NCBI GenBank assembly: GCA_003344405.1
Contig: NOWV01000012.1
Coordinates: 310,001-374,000, forward strand
Length of the DNA: 64,000 nt
Reading direction: 5' to 3'
Origin: Trichoplax sp. H2
Taxonomy: Eukaryota
Shown one piece after another: positions 39,818-53,920 of this stretch (position 1 is its first letter; every line of letters begins with the position of its first letter). The notes beneath the pieces were generated by a model that was not told the origin of the DNA, made no database searches, and saw only the letters and a list, made by a program, of their open reading frames with translations. Position numbers and translations under genes: made by a program.

Positions 39818-40371
39818 GGACTACTAAACAAGAATTTCCCTCTCCCTCCCTGTTACAACCACTTTTGTAACATGGAAACTACTTTCAACGGCAGCTTAGT
39901 ACAGACACCAATCTTCACTAAGATCAAAACAAGAGCTCTCTTTATTTTAAAAAGTAACTCGCTTTTATACCTTCTACCTATTCGCGAACAACTACAGCAT
40001 ACATATATATATATATACATGGATGTTAATACTGATAAATCGGCTGCCATATATTCTTCTATCTAAATTAGTATAACTTTAAGCTCTACTTTAAAGTACG
40101 TTAGAGCACACATATAACATGAGAGTAACCGTGATCAGAACACGATCTGACCTTTAAGCTCTCTTATAAATTAGCTATCTAACTAATTACTAACAATCTA
40201 CATATACTGGTATGATAGAACTTGGGGCGATACGAGTAGCGTGACACTCCGCCAGTCCCGATTTTACTCAACAAAAATCTTCCCCACGCTAAGTCAGGGA
40301 AACAGAAGTTTTCATAGTAAGGAAGAACCAGTAGTTTTCGGCGAGAGAGGAAATTTTTTGTTGAGTAGTCT
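39818..40371. mobile_element. Possible ~550-bp non-autonomous element bounded by diverged GACTACT(A/C)AAC inverted termini
   Basis: ggactactaaacaagaatttccctctcc at 39818 (+) resembles agactactcaacaaaaaatttcctctctc read from 40371 (-). An extra arm, tactcaacaaaaatcttcc, lies at ~40265. Confidence 0.4.
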
Positions 40372-43300
40372 CTAGATACACACACCTAGTGCAGTTGTTA
40401 AAAACTTTAATGAATCAAGTTTTGCTTTCATCGCTTTACATCTTTCACTATTAAGGAGTTGAGGACAGTCAGAACTGAAACGGGCAACGGGGGGGGGCAA
40501 AAAAATTTTTATGTTTCCTATCTCTAATCAAAATACTATCCGCGACACAGATTGTACGCACGGCATAATCCTCCTCATTTACAGTGCATTAAAATCTTAT
40601 AACACGCGTAGGTATTATATTATTTAGACACATATTTACAACAAATTTATTAAAATGAATACCATATTGTTGTCATTAGAAACTGAATCAATAATAACAT
40701 GTAGTATCTACAATAATCTCGTACAACGTATAGCGTTAAACAATTTAAGAAGTAAAATTTTTTATAAACATTTGTACTCGGTAATATTGTGAATTATTAA
40801 AGGATCAATTTACATCAAAGCCCAGAAATACTGGGCATAGCTAAGACTTAAATATTTCGACAATATGATGGATAAGGTAATAAATTATTGATGACCTAGT
40901 TCCTTATCAAGATTTGACAATATTTGATATGGCTAACATTTCAGTATTTATTTTAAGATATGAATTTCATAAAGTTTAAACTACTGCATTTATGATACTC
41001 CTTTAAGCTCGAAAGAGAGTGTTTTAATCCAATAAATAACTTATGATCAGTTAAAATTCAATTGCAGCTTCTACAAAGTGAACTGATTTATTCGCATCGA
41101 ATTATCAGAAATTATATAAATCGATTACCTCAAATCGTTACGCACAGCAAATTGTAAATATCTACTAGCAACTAGACACTAGTCATCATAGGTAATTAGT
41201 GATCCGAAGAATTATCGTGGGAGCGATACAGTCACAGAAGGACACGATTTAAAATTACAAAAAATGACGTAAATTAATTAAATAAATTAATGAAATAACA
41301 GCCACCTATCCCTTACTTGACTAAAGTTCGAGACAATCATGATTACGTACTAATGTTTGCCACTTCTATGGTTAGTATAGATTAGAGATCACAAAACCTA
41401 TACTAAATAGTCACGAAATTTATTGCAAGAAATCTAAAACTACTGTATAGAGTAGCTGGTGAGATAAACATACGATTATTTATATTTTATAGAGCACACA
41501 AACTACTGCTTATAGATCTTCAGTGAAATACACTGATAAGAATCTATTATAATAATACAAGCGATGATTTTTATCGCGCCGGATATGGAAAGATTTTATT
41601 ATAATTTTAAATAAGTTTTCAATGGGCAAAAATTTTCTTCATGATTGGAAGGGTATAATAAAGATTAATAAACTATCTTCGGGTAATACTGTCATAAAGC
41701 TACTAGATAGATTATTGTTCTACTTGTTATAGTCAATACGTTTTTGAACGTAACATTCGTTTCGAGTCAAAAACGAAAATAAAAATTTGACGTAAATTTG
41801 CAATAATAAACATAATAAAAAGATGTAACTCTTGCTTTCAACAGCTATACAATATATTGATTTTAGAAATCTGTGTTAATTATAGTTTCGAAAGTTCTTC
41901 CTTATGATAAGAGAAATAATTTACACGTGTAATTCGCTTCTTCCTATCTGCAGAATTAATCCTTAGAATTGAATAATTTGTGGTTTGAAAAACTCACTGT
42001 CTACAAAAACTTGAAATATTATTACAAGTCATTTCGATAGCAAACCTATAATAAAATTCGTATTGCTCCCTGACGACATTGAACTCAAAGTGTAGTGCAG
42101 CCTAACTAATGAACTTATTAAAGTATATTCTGCGCAGGATAAAAGGTAGACTAGTATCGATTATATCAGTACAGAGACTGATATTAGCAGAGTAATTCTA
42201 CTTATACCAAGTTACAAAGTAGTTTTGCTGGATCGATGAGGGTCAAGAATACCCATTTTATATTATCTCCTCGTGTCACAACCTCGGTCGCAACATACTT
42301 CTAACCTTATTTGTATCAATTGTAAAGAAATCAGCGAAGCAAGTTCCGACGCTGTATCATATATTATACCTCTTGTATCTAAAATGTACCTATAATACAC
42401 TGACTGCAAGGTTCAACAGCCGATTTTTTACTTTCATAAAATTTTACAAGAGCATATCTGCCAACATGTAAGAAGACGACTAAGGCACTGTGAGTAATTA
42501 TGTACCGTAATTCTTCCCATTACTATCGTTGGGCATTCTAAAATAGTTTTAATAAACTTTTCTATTTGAAAACAATCCTACTGTATATAGTACGCCAAGA
42601 CTACACATATAAAATTGAATGAATACCATTGTGATAAAATTTGCATACTAAAAAATTACTGACAGCAAAGGAAAAGATCGACTTTATAATTTTTATCGTA
42701 TTATTCCGAATATATGGCGATTTATTATGATCTCCAGACTATTATGTTCTCATGGTGATCCTAATCCTACAACTAAAAGATTTGGCCTTAAATTGATACA
42801 TTAGGGAAAAAGTAGGCCATAGAACATATATAAAATAATATTTCTCTGAATGATTGCACTGTAGTTCACAACAACAATCTTGGCTTACTGTTCATTAGTC
42901 TGAAGTCATTATCGATGGCAATACATTTCACGTCAAAGAAAAAATCGTAGACAAGGGTTGAATATTATATATGATTAACTATAATTATGAAACTTCTATT
43001 CTCTAACACATTCCTTCATTCCGTAGACTCGAAGGCAATTTCATAATTCGTTGTATACTCTACTTTCTTTCATAAATATAATATATCATAACTGTTTTGT
43101 TTTAATTGGAATGGCATCGCTGATAATTACTAAAGTGCATCTTATATCAGTATCTTTTTCATGTTGTTCTGCTTTACTACTTCCCCTTTTAGGAATTATC
43201 GTTAACATATCTGTATAATTAGTCAATGACAATTATAATTACATCATAGGTATTAATATAATCAATAAGAATTACACAGTTACCGCGTCCTCTACTATCA

Positions 43301-46300
43301 TAATATACCCATTAAAAATATCGAAATGAATTTCGCAATGAATAGGACTTTCTAGTATTAATCGTATTGACAGCATTATTCCGCTCATATAAATTAGATA
43401 TCATTTCATGTTTCCACTGACATTTTCCATCTGTATTTTGTCTATACCAATGTAGAACTAATAAATTTATAAATTCTACCATAAATGAGTGTGTACTGTA
43501 CTATAAATTTTAGTAGATTATTGAATTCACGGAATAATTATTGAATAGGTATGATTTAGACGTAGCATTCAATATCTATATTTTGCTCAATGATACTCAT
43601 TTCTCTATGTAGATATAACCAGGTAAACTGAACGAAACACAGATATTGAGTTCTATGGTAATGTACGCACACATACAGTACTGCTGCATATTCGGTTCTT
43701 TCATCGATTGAATACTAACTATAGCTAAAAATTTTGACATATCGACTTACATCAACTATAATGTACTGTAAAAGAATGGTTCCCGAATACAAGCTTTAAT
43801 AAGATTGATTTTTTTCTTAGCCTCTCATCGTTAACTTATGCGGTACCGGATGTGCATATGCATATAACCGTGTATTATTCTATTATTTACGATAGCACTA
43901 TAGTATTACTAACGCATTTCCCAAGACATTGTAGACTGATAGCTAAGCAATGAACTTTCAAGATCATTGATTTATAAAAAACCTCAGCTACATGCGTATA
44001 AGTATCTAAGGAATCACAGTATGATAGTGCATAAACAGTTTACTCTACTGCAGATTAATGATGTTCTTTCCATTGTTTCAATATAAGCTAACACCATCAT
44101 TATTACCATCATACAGAATTCAATTGATTAATAATATTATCGATACTAATGTTCAATACAGATATTATTCAAGCTGATACACTCTATTTATATGATATTT
44201 ACTGGTTATAGCCCCAAATTTTGGCTACATAATCAATAACTACCAATTGGGCATATTAATGACCGTTTATGATGATAAGAAAAAGCAACAGATATAAATA
44301 TTATGATACAATTGTCGTATTCGTGATCATCCATCTGATAAAATTCCTATTTGCAATGCTTCATTTTCTCTTCATTTAGGATTACATCAAAACACATTAT
44401 CTATACCACTTTAATTACATTTCCTATCATACGTGCACATATAAAGATTTAAATACTAATATAATTGTTATCATCAAGGAAAGGGGAAACGTCTATTTAT
44501 GGTCTGCTATTTGTAAATTTTCATTTATGTTGACTGTATTTATTAATTTCTATCCAATTACAATAATCATCCAACGCATTTCGATAACCTTTATATTGTC
44601 ATTAATAGTATTATATTTCTATTCTGGTAGATATTGTTGAAATAATCTTATTGATTTTCTATTATTTCTCTTATTTAGTAATCACCGTGTCATTGTTTAG
44701 ATTTCGGTAAAAATATATTTATTGGAAGTATATTTATAGTTTTCATGCTTGTCGTAGTGGTATTGTGTTTGTCGGTATCTAATGAACGAAAAATTACTCA
44801 CTTAATCAGAATTCATTATACTTAAAAGCAATACAAATCTACCAGTAAATAGAATAGAACTCTTAAACTTTTGATAACAGAGATAACTTGATGATATTTT
44901 CTTACTTCCATGGCTACTAACTAGATTAAAATCAATCAATACAATAATCAACGGAGGAATGTTGCCAAGGACGACTCAAATTTTTTATGCAATAAATTTA
45001 ACAACGTTGTAATGTAGATTAAAATTGTGATCAACTGATCAAATAGGACTAAAGTTTATAGCTTCTATATAATGTAATCCTAATATTGTTTTAATTTTAT
45101 TAAACATGCCGATTTACAAAGAAAGCGAATTTTATATCTATAGTTATAGGAGGCACTTTGTCATTAGTGATCTAATATGGTATAAAATCTTAAATACAAT
45201 AAATAATATACATCCCATTTCATAATTCATCATGTTGTAATAGCAAAAACTCCTACTGGTACTCAAGTGCAAGTAATGACAACTTAATGTATCAAGTAAT
45301 ACTACAATTATCGTAAAATAATTTTAGAATAACCGAAATTAATCATCTGGTCTTTGAGATTAGCTATTATAATTATTAATACGACAGAGAGAAAGATCGT
45401 CTTTCTTAAAAATACTCTGTTGATCCTATCATGAAACCTTTAGTAAAGAAATTTCTTGATCAGAAGAATATTATCTCGCAATAAAACAAGCATATCGTCG
45501 CTTTATTTCTCAATGTATCTCAAAACGAGTTTATAATTAGTTAAAATATAGATTCATATTTGCATCCTATTGATATCGATCCGAAATTAATGATGTAGAA
45601 AATGCTAAATTATTCTTGATAATAATTAGTCGCGTAGATTGTACAATTACTACAAAATTACAATGAAAAATTAATAATTAGTGCTTAAATAGTTATAAAA
45701 TGTAGCAATGACGCTATTGTAAACTACGCATAGATATATAGAGATAAAACAGATGGATCAAGTATGCAGTAACAAAACAGAAGATATAAAATAATAAATA
45801 TTGCAATTAGAGACAAGAGGAAATTATTGTAATCATAAGGAACGTATCTTATTAATGTCAGGATAGCCATGGTTACAAGCTGGCCATAAACAGTTTCTAT
45901 CATCTAAATTTACTATCGTTACCATAATTATTTACTGGAAAGATAACTGTCTATTTTAATTTAATTACAATACAAACTGGTAGACAACCACAAACTGGCA
46001 GAATTACCTCTAATTAATATTACATTAGCGATCAATCCGAACATAAAATCTTTCTTTGTATGCTTTTGTTCTGTTTTTGATTAAATCCTCACCGTACTAC
46101 AACCATAAATGAAGAAGTTTACAGCTTTTAAACTATTATTAATTTATAATCTAGAAACGAGGATATCAATGACGAAATCAACATTTTGAATTTTGAAATG
46201 AAGAATCTTAATTACGATCTAATTTTGATAGATTTAGCGCCATATATATTTTTACGTAAATATATGTTATTGTTCTCATCTTTCCGCTTAATGAAAAGGA

Positions 46301-48029
46301 TGAGCCTGTTACACCTGTGTACGCATGCATCTATTTATCTCTCATTATATGACAAGTTATGATTTGTACGTATTTTCTTAACTCTGCACGTAATAATTTA
46401 GAAAGGCCATTCACTTCCTTGGTGATACAGGCATACCGTACTTATTTAGTCTACTTGCTAGCTTGACAATCATTATAGATCTATTAAGTTAACAATCGTT
46501 AAGATCTGAAGTTAATAGATTTTATTTTTATCTTACCTTGAATCTTACATAGAATGAGAGAAGAAAATTAATATCTAATTATTTCTCTAAAATTCGTAAA
46601 ATAAGTTGTATTAAATATAAAAAAAGATTATTTTCCTTCCTCTGCTTATCTGTGTATAGCCAATATACTATTATTCCAAAACAAATTTTGGATTCTGTTT
46701 TCTCTTCTTCAAGCATAGGTAAGCCTTTAGAATATGAATTTATTCGACAAATTTTAGCTCTGTTCAGTGTCTTAATTATAGTTATTATGTAGTTACAATT
46801 TTTCATTCCTATATATATTACTAACAAATCTTTCTCACACTTTTACTGAATAATAAAGCTAAATTAAACAATTTTTTTATTTAAGTCGTACATTATTTAA
46901 AGCTGTAATGCTGTAATCGGTTAATATGTATTAAGTATACCATTGCCATTACATGAGCATTATATAAAAGTGACCTAATTTCATCAATATAATTTCAATC
47001 GTTCTAGTATAGTTGATATCCTTAATAAACTTTTAATTGAAAGGATTAATTTTATCTCTAACAACGTCATTTGGATTTTATGAATTTTTCTAATACATAT
47101 ACTGTATAATGTACATATCTGTTCTTATACATAGATCATCATTGTTAACGCTAGCTACTCATATGTACAATGATAAATCATATAAGATTTTTAAAATATC
47201 ATGCTTGCTTGAGTGTTTAGTCATATTGTGAGGTAATGCAATCATAATTCAAGTATAACTTCGTCATAACTAGTTAATTCTTTAGTGTGCTCAAATTCGA
47301 TTCTTATTCGAATTGAAAATCGGCTAATATCGCCTTATTCGTCAGTCTTTAGTTATGTTATTTTTATAAATTAGATATGAAAACAGATTTTACATTTGCT
47401 TAGAATAATTTTACGATAGTCAATCTAATACTTTCGTTAGCTGAAAAAGATTCCAAATTACGATATAATTCTAGTTCAATGAGAATTAGTATTATAAGTA
47501 TATCAATTTTTATCAATTTTGGTCTATAGATATTACAATAACTGTGCATTATTTACGATCGAAGTAACTAATCCATTTGTATTTGTGCCATTATCTACGT
47601 TATGTATATATATTTCATCAACAAAATAAACGTTTATCTGATCGTCTGAATTGAGTAACAATTTAAGTAGAAATTAAGACAAAAATTATTTAAACAATTA
47701 AACCATTTGGATTTTGTGATATGAAACTTTTATTTAGTAGAGTTGCTCCTCCTATTTTCTAGGATAACAAAAAAGGATTCTACAGCTTTATCCATGAAGT
47801 CAAACTGTCCAAATTAATATCATTTCTGTAACTATATTCAACGCTTAATAATTGTACTCTCTTATATTCATTGAAAATTATCGCTTCTATTGCAATTAAA
47901 ATTTTAAAAGTTAAATTCTATCAATTCTATCCTGAGTTTAACCAACTTTTAGTTAAAAAATTATCGAATTGATAAGTTTTTACTCTTATCTTCCATGCAC
48001 TGCTATGCACCAAAATTGATTTGAGTATC

Positions 48030-49259
48030 ATGCATACAAGCGATCATCCCAGCGACATTACTAATCATGAGGATGATGATTTCATTACAGTAACCAGTAC
48101 GATAAATTATAATTATTTAATATCGAATACTAGCAAGAATTTCACTTGCCAAGATATTACGGCCGGTGCTGGCACTATGGCTTTATCTGTACTTCTTGTC
48201 ATAATTACCGCTACCATTGGAAATACTGTAGTCGTAATTGTTATATGTAAACATAAAAGGTTACAAACTGCTACTAATTATTTTATCGTCAATCTAGCCA
48301 TTGTAGATATTTTAACAGCAATACTTAAACTACCATTTTATATAGTTGCATTTCTTTGCAATGGTTGGCCACTTCATGATTCATTATGTAAATTTACGGC
48401 AATCTTAAATTCTCTATTTCATATTCAATCAACCTATTCCGTTGCTTTTATCGCAATTGTTAGATACATTGTCTTATTCCATCATTCTAAATGTAGATAT
48501 TTATGTAATAAAACATTCATAGTCATTATTATTATAGTTTCATGGATAGTATGTATAGCATTATGTAGTTTACCTCTAATGGGATGGGGAACAATTGTCT
48601 ACGACTACCTGGATTTTTCATGTCAACAGGACTGGTCCTCCTATCCTGATTATACTCTTACTGCTGTTGTTATTGGTTGGACTGTTCCATTTATTATCAT
48701 GGTTGCCTGTTATACTAAGATTTCATTCGGTGTTTCACGCTATATGAAAAATTTACGGGCAGCAGGTATTACGATCGACTTCAGCCATCCTCAACACAAT
48801 ATAACATCGACGACAACGAGTACAACTTTAACTTATCATCGTTTACAATTAGCCCACAACAGCGTAATATCTCGCTCACAACTGAAGGAAAATATAATTG
48901 AAAGTAAATTAACTAAATCATCGTTTATAGTTTGCTGTACATTTATTATTTGCTATTTACCATATAGCATTGTCGTTATGATTATAGAACCTTTTACCGG
49001 TTATCGATTTTCACAATTAATACACTTTTTACTTCTATGGTTAAAGTTTATTAATAGTTCTATTAATCCTGCAATCTATTCCATTTTTGATCCACAATTT
49101 AGAAAAGGTAGCATTTCATTATATCAAACATTTAGGAAAATATGTTGTCATTGTATGGCTTTTCAAGCTCTACCAATTAACCGATCTCTACGAATATATC
49201 CCAACAATAATACTATTCAAAATATAAGGCAGCCTATTGACAGGAGTTTTCACACTTAA
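48030..49259 (+). CDS. Intronless class A (rhodopsin-family) GPCR, opsin-like (placopsin-type)
   Basis: Seven hydrophobic segments; TM1 GN; TNYFIVNLAIVD; TM3 Cys and AIVRY (DRY variant); ECL2 PLMGWG...FSCQQDW; TM6 FIICYLPY; TM7 NPAIY followed by DPQFRK. The first ATG is at 48030. Confidence 0.93.
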   Translation: MHTSDHPSDITNHEDDDFITVTSTINYNYLISNTSKNFTCQDITAGAGTMALSVLLVIITATIGNTVVVIVICKHKRLQTATNYFIVNLAIVDILTAILKLPFYIVAFLCNGWPLHDSLCKFTAILNSLFHIQSTYSVAFIAIVRYIVLFHHSKCRYLCNKTFIVIIIIVSWIVCIALCSLPLMGWGTIVYDYLDFSCQQDWSSYPDYTLTAVVIGWTVPFIIMVACYTKISFGVSRYMKNLRAAGITIDFSHPQHNITSTTTSTTLTYHRLQLAHNSVISRSQLKENIIESKLTKSSFIVCCTFIICYLPYSIVVMIIEPFTGYRFSQLIHFLLLWLKFINSSINPAIYSIFDPQFRKGSISLYQTFRKICCHCMAFQALPINRSLRIYPNNNTIQNIRQPIDRSFHT

Positions 49260-50890
49260 AAAATCAGTTGTCGTTGTACTTGTTGAAATATATCGCTATT
49301 ATCTAATGGATCCATAAGTTTCTTGTAATAAGGTACTATAATTACCATAATGATAATACCGTTACCAAAATTAGTAAATTGGTGCCTTATGTAATTACCA
49401 GAATTTTTTATTTTTAAATTAACTTTAAAATAAATTTCTATCTAAATAATCTCTTTGTTTCCATCTATCGTAGTTTAACTCATAAATAATATTTATGACA
49501 TAGTAGATAATAAATCCAGCTGAAGTATAAGTGTGAACAGAAATAACAATAGGCCTGGATATTCTGACAAGCTTGACAGTTTTCTGGCCACATAAGTCAA
49601 CAATAAAATCTTTTCTATTTATGGAGAAGTTAAATTTAAACTAAGCCATCATAGTTATCTTAGCATATTTATTCTATAAAAATAAATAAGCGATGATGCG
49701 GTATTTCTTACCCAATAAGTTTTTATATTTATAGTATCAAAACGAGGATGAAAGATGAAACGTTAAATTGAATAAATGATCAACATAAGGAAAGGTGCTT
49801 GTACACGTGATGGATAAACGCTCTTCTATTATTTATCTAACCTTCGAAATTAGTTTCATAAACATTTAATTTTTAAATTTATTTACAATATAAATTTAGT
49901 TGATATTTATACTGGGCTATGATTAAGGACATAGCCATCTTGACGTTCAAGTATTGATTATTTAATCCGCAAATAAATGAACTGATGATACGACTTGAGT
50001 TATCTCTTTAGCAAATAACATAAGATGGGTACTGTATAGTTTGTTTGTGACCATGCTGTAAATAACATGGTATAGTGCACATCAATTTATAGCTATCAAA
50101 TAACACGTAATCACCGATCTAAGAAATCGATTGTACTTAAGTCGTAGTATCGGAAAGAAAAATTAGTGGCTTTCACATTTTGTTCGACTAATACAAATGT
50201 TTTTAAAAGCTGGATATTTAACACATTAACAAACCTACTTTAGTAAATCGTCATAAATAGTACTGTATATTGATTGAGTGATGACTTTGGCAACAGTATC
50301 AAAAATTTAAGTTAGCTTTTTACTTTAGTCAATATCGGAAGAGAATTGGCTAACTTCATGGACACTGAAAATCAAGCATGATTCACTTAGAATAGTTCTT
50401 AGTTTGAGCTTTAAGTTACCTTAACAAGCAACTAAGACAATCTTAAACAAACATCATTTACAACTATAATAAAAGCAGCGCTTTTAATGATAGTCGAGGC
50501 CTATTGTAGAAGATCCTTTATCCTTTCAAATAATTGAGTACATTTTTATACATATTTGTATTAATATAAAGCAGTAAACCCAGCGATAACATACTACTGC
50601 CAGGTGATGATATAATTCTTAAAAGCAGAAATTGATATAAATAAAGGGCACTCAGTTTGAACCGCTAATTAACTCTGAATTTTAGGTGTGCAACTAAATG
50701 GTAATCGACGATTTCCATAAAGATTTTCAATATTGTAAAGCATTTTGTGATCAATAATGTTAGAATACTAAAGCAAGGATAAACTTGTAATATTGTATTA
50801 GACAGAATAATTTGCACAAATTAATAAGTGAATAACTCAATAATAGGGATATTAAAATAAAATAAGTCTATTATTCTATTGAAAAGAAAC

Positions 50891-50952
50891 GCTATTGGAT
50901 TTGAACGCTACTCTCCGTATTATGCGCTTCTCTATGCAAGTTAGCTAAGAAT
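50891..50952 (-). pseudogene. Decayed tRNA-like or SINE-head sequence
   Basis: The minus strand reads tagctaacttgcatagag (A-box-like)...cataatacggagagtagcgttcaaatcc (B-box GTTCAAATCC). No convincing cloverleaf forms. Confidence 0.25.
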
Positions 50953-51639
50953 CTCATTTTTAGATTAGGTACTTACCAAGTACTGTTAAAAGCTTCTCAA
51001 TAATTGATTTACGACAAACAAAAATCATTAATAAACCCTAACGTACAAAAGATGCTTTTGTTGAATAAATATACGTATACAGTTACACTTAAGACATTAA
51101 TTCAAGAAATAAAATATAATTTTCCTACATGCATACGTATTATTATATCCGAATTAATGTCAGCTCGTGAATTTATAATACAATAAATTTATATACTATT
51201 AAGCTCAAGTACATTTAGTGACCTTTCAGCTAGACCTGATTGGATCGTTATTGCATACTAGAAAAGAGATTCGAAAGTAGTCACTAGTCTCACTTCACAA
51301 TACCAGATTCAATATCCGTCCTAAGCAAATACAATTAGGCTACAAGACGCATTAAAAATGGTAATAAATTAATACGACCCATAACTTAATTGCAATTTTA
51401 GTAAATATTTACAATAAAAATTTCATTTTATAATCTTTCATAATCAGTTGCAAAGTTTACCCATAATGAACTTGTTTTAGATGACTAATCAATACATACA
51501 CATGTTAGTATCGTAAGAATCACATTATATTTCGCCCTCGTCATAGGGTTAACATTAGTACAAAGGGTGATTAGATTACTGATAAGTATGTAAGAGTTAC
51601 TTCAGCAAAAGTAGCTATTTTATCAGTTGGTTTTATATC

Positions 51640-53920
51640 TTATAAGTGAAAGATTTTTAATCCGTTCATGTTTGTTATTACAATTTTCTCTAGGGCAGTT
51701 TTTGCATCACAATCTTGAAAGTATGCTAAGGAATCCAACAATTTTGATTTGTAGGTTTCGTAAACAGTTTTAACTTCGTCAAGCACCAATTTTTGATGTT
51801 TATAAAACTAAGACATTAAATAAGAAATCAAATCGTTGTTCAGAAGTTATAAAAGCTCTGTCAATTATATATAGTAGTATTTATCACGAAGTCAGTTACT
51901 TGAATATTTGACGAGAATAACGTAGCTTTATCTTCTGAATTTTGCAAGGCAAGGAGTGCCGGTAAACTTGTATAGTCTATCTGACTTCCAGTATCATCCA
52001 ATTGAAGTGCACTTAATTCTAAGGATAACTGTCAAATAAGAGTAATCGTTATAGAACGGTATGGATTTAAGCAAGTAATTTCTAATTAACACTCGTACAT
52101 TCAATTACGAAATTGTTTGGAAATAGGATAACCTGTTGAGTATAAGCCAAGTTCTGTCCAAAATTGTTAGCGACCATTTGCGCTTCTTCACTATGATTAA
52201 CTAACTTTAGAGCACATTGACAACTCTTTGATAATAAACTACCCTTTCTTAATAATGTTCGTTGCTCCCATAAATTGACATAGTCCATAATATCCGACTT
52301 AATTACATCTTGAATCGTAGAACAAAGAAATTCACCTTCCATCATTTCACTTATGGCTTCGGACATGAGTTGTACAACCTGCGAATAGAAGGAGAAAAAA
52401 TAATATTTCATTGATATTGTAACTAACTTATAGCACATAGATTTCTGTAAAATAATAAGATATGACAAAATATATATTAGTATTTACGTAAAAGCATCGT
52501 TCACTATATCAATACAGTAGCTAGCTTGAATAACAAATATCTTCGACTGCAGACTTAGAGCTACCTTGATCGATTGATCGATCGGTTGCTGCGGCATGCG
52601 ATCAAAGCAGAGATTTATAAATCATGTATGTAATGATGACAGTATTTATGATATAGAAATTGCTATATTTAAAAAAATGTTACAATATATTAACAGTCTA
52701 AAAAAGTGATACTAGGTGATCCGATGAAACATAAGAAAAAAATTTCGAATCCGTAGAAATTTTCAACATTATGTAATATCGATCAGTTAATCTACAACCT
52801 GTGTATTTTCTAACTTAGCCAATCCATTGCTGGCTTTGGCCAACAAGAAATCACCAATTAAAACAGCCATTTTATTGCCTAGCTGCAATTCTTTGTCTTC
52901 TTCGGAAGCAATCGGTTCAGGTAAATTAACTACTCCAGTGTGAATTATTTGTGCCATGCGAATTATTTCAGTAATTTCTGCTAGTGATCGCTGAGTTGGA
53001 TAGATTCCATCGACGCTTTGTTCTTCAATCATTTGACTTTTACCAGCAGCTTTAGCAATGAGCAAGACAATTAAGGAATATTTAGCTTTGTTTTCGTTAT
53101 AACTGTTATTGATTAATCCCCTATCAAATCATAACCGTTTATATAACATTAGTTGCCATAAAGGTTTCTATAGCAGGAGTATAGTAGACTGTATATAGTA
53201 AATTAGACATTAATTGATTAGTTCACTTTAAATTGGAGATTCCATGCATTGTGTCAATGGTATGACTCAAAGTGTAATAGTAATCTTAGCAGAGATGCTT
53301 GATGGGCATGATCTTTAACCCTGGACATTTAGTACCGTAGTATGCTGTTGATACACGTGTTATAGAGAGGCTTAACTTACGAGTACCTCAATCTTCTAAT
53401 TGATAGCATACGCGTATTCACTATACAACTGTATATCATTTTATTGCGTAGCAAGCTTAAAGATTCGCTACCTAAACAAGTCTAGATATCGACTCGTGTC
53501 TATCCAGGGACTACAGTACCGTATGGTGTGATGATCGTGTCCAATTATTACCATTACGATAAGCTTACAACTCTTTTATTAACACAAACTGATTGACTGA
53601 ATAGTTACACAAACTTCTAGAAGGGTTTTTACTGACCTAATAGTATGCATTAATGGATGACGGCTACCGAGTAATTTCTTCATATGCACTGCAACATTGG
53701 ATACTTCGTCTGTGAGTAAATGTCGAAAGCTAAGGAAAGACGTAGGATAACCAACGATTTTTTCAGCTTCAGAAACCGCTTTAGCTTCATGTGTCTTGGG
53801 ATATGCAGAAAATGTACCATAAAATTGTCCATGGACATTATATGTTAGGTTAATGACAGTCTTCTTTGGGTGATGATTCCATTGCCGCCATAATAATCGT
53901 AAAATAGCATTACTTATCAT
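51640..53920 (-). CDS. PDSS2: Decaprenyl-diphosphate synthase subunit 2 (CoQ side chain). Exons 53637-53920, 52799-53120, ~52134-52378, ~51899-52030, 51640-~51808
   Basis: AVSEAEKIVGYPTSFLSFRHLLTDEVSNVAVHMKKLLGSRHPL; GIYPTQRSLAEITEII...IIHTGVVNL (lacks the DDxxD motif, as in PDSS2/DLP1); GNKMAVLIGDFLLAKASNGLA; GSLLSKSCQCAL. Confidence 0.94.

Noticed and set aside
19134-53920. Functional cluster of mitochondrial genes (TIMM13, FDX1, PDSS2)
   Set aside because: They are spread over 35 kb among unrelated genes, which is compatible with chance without synteny data.
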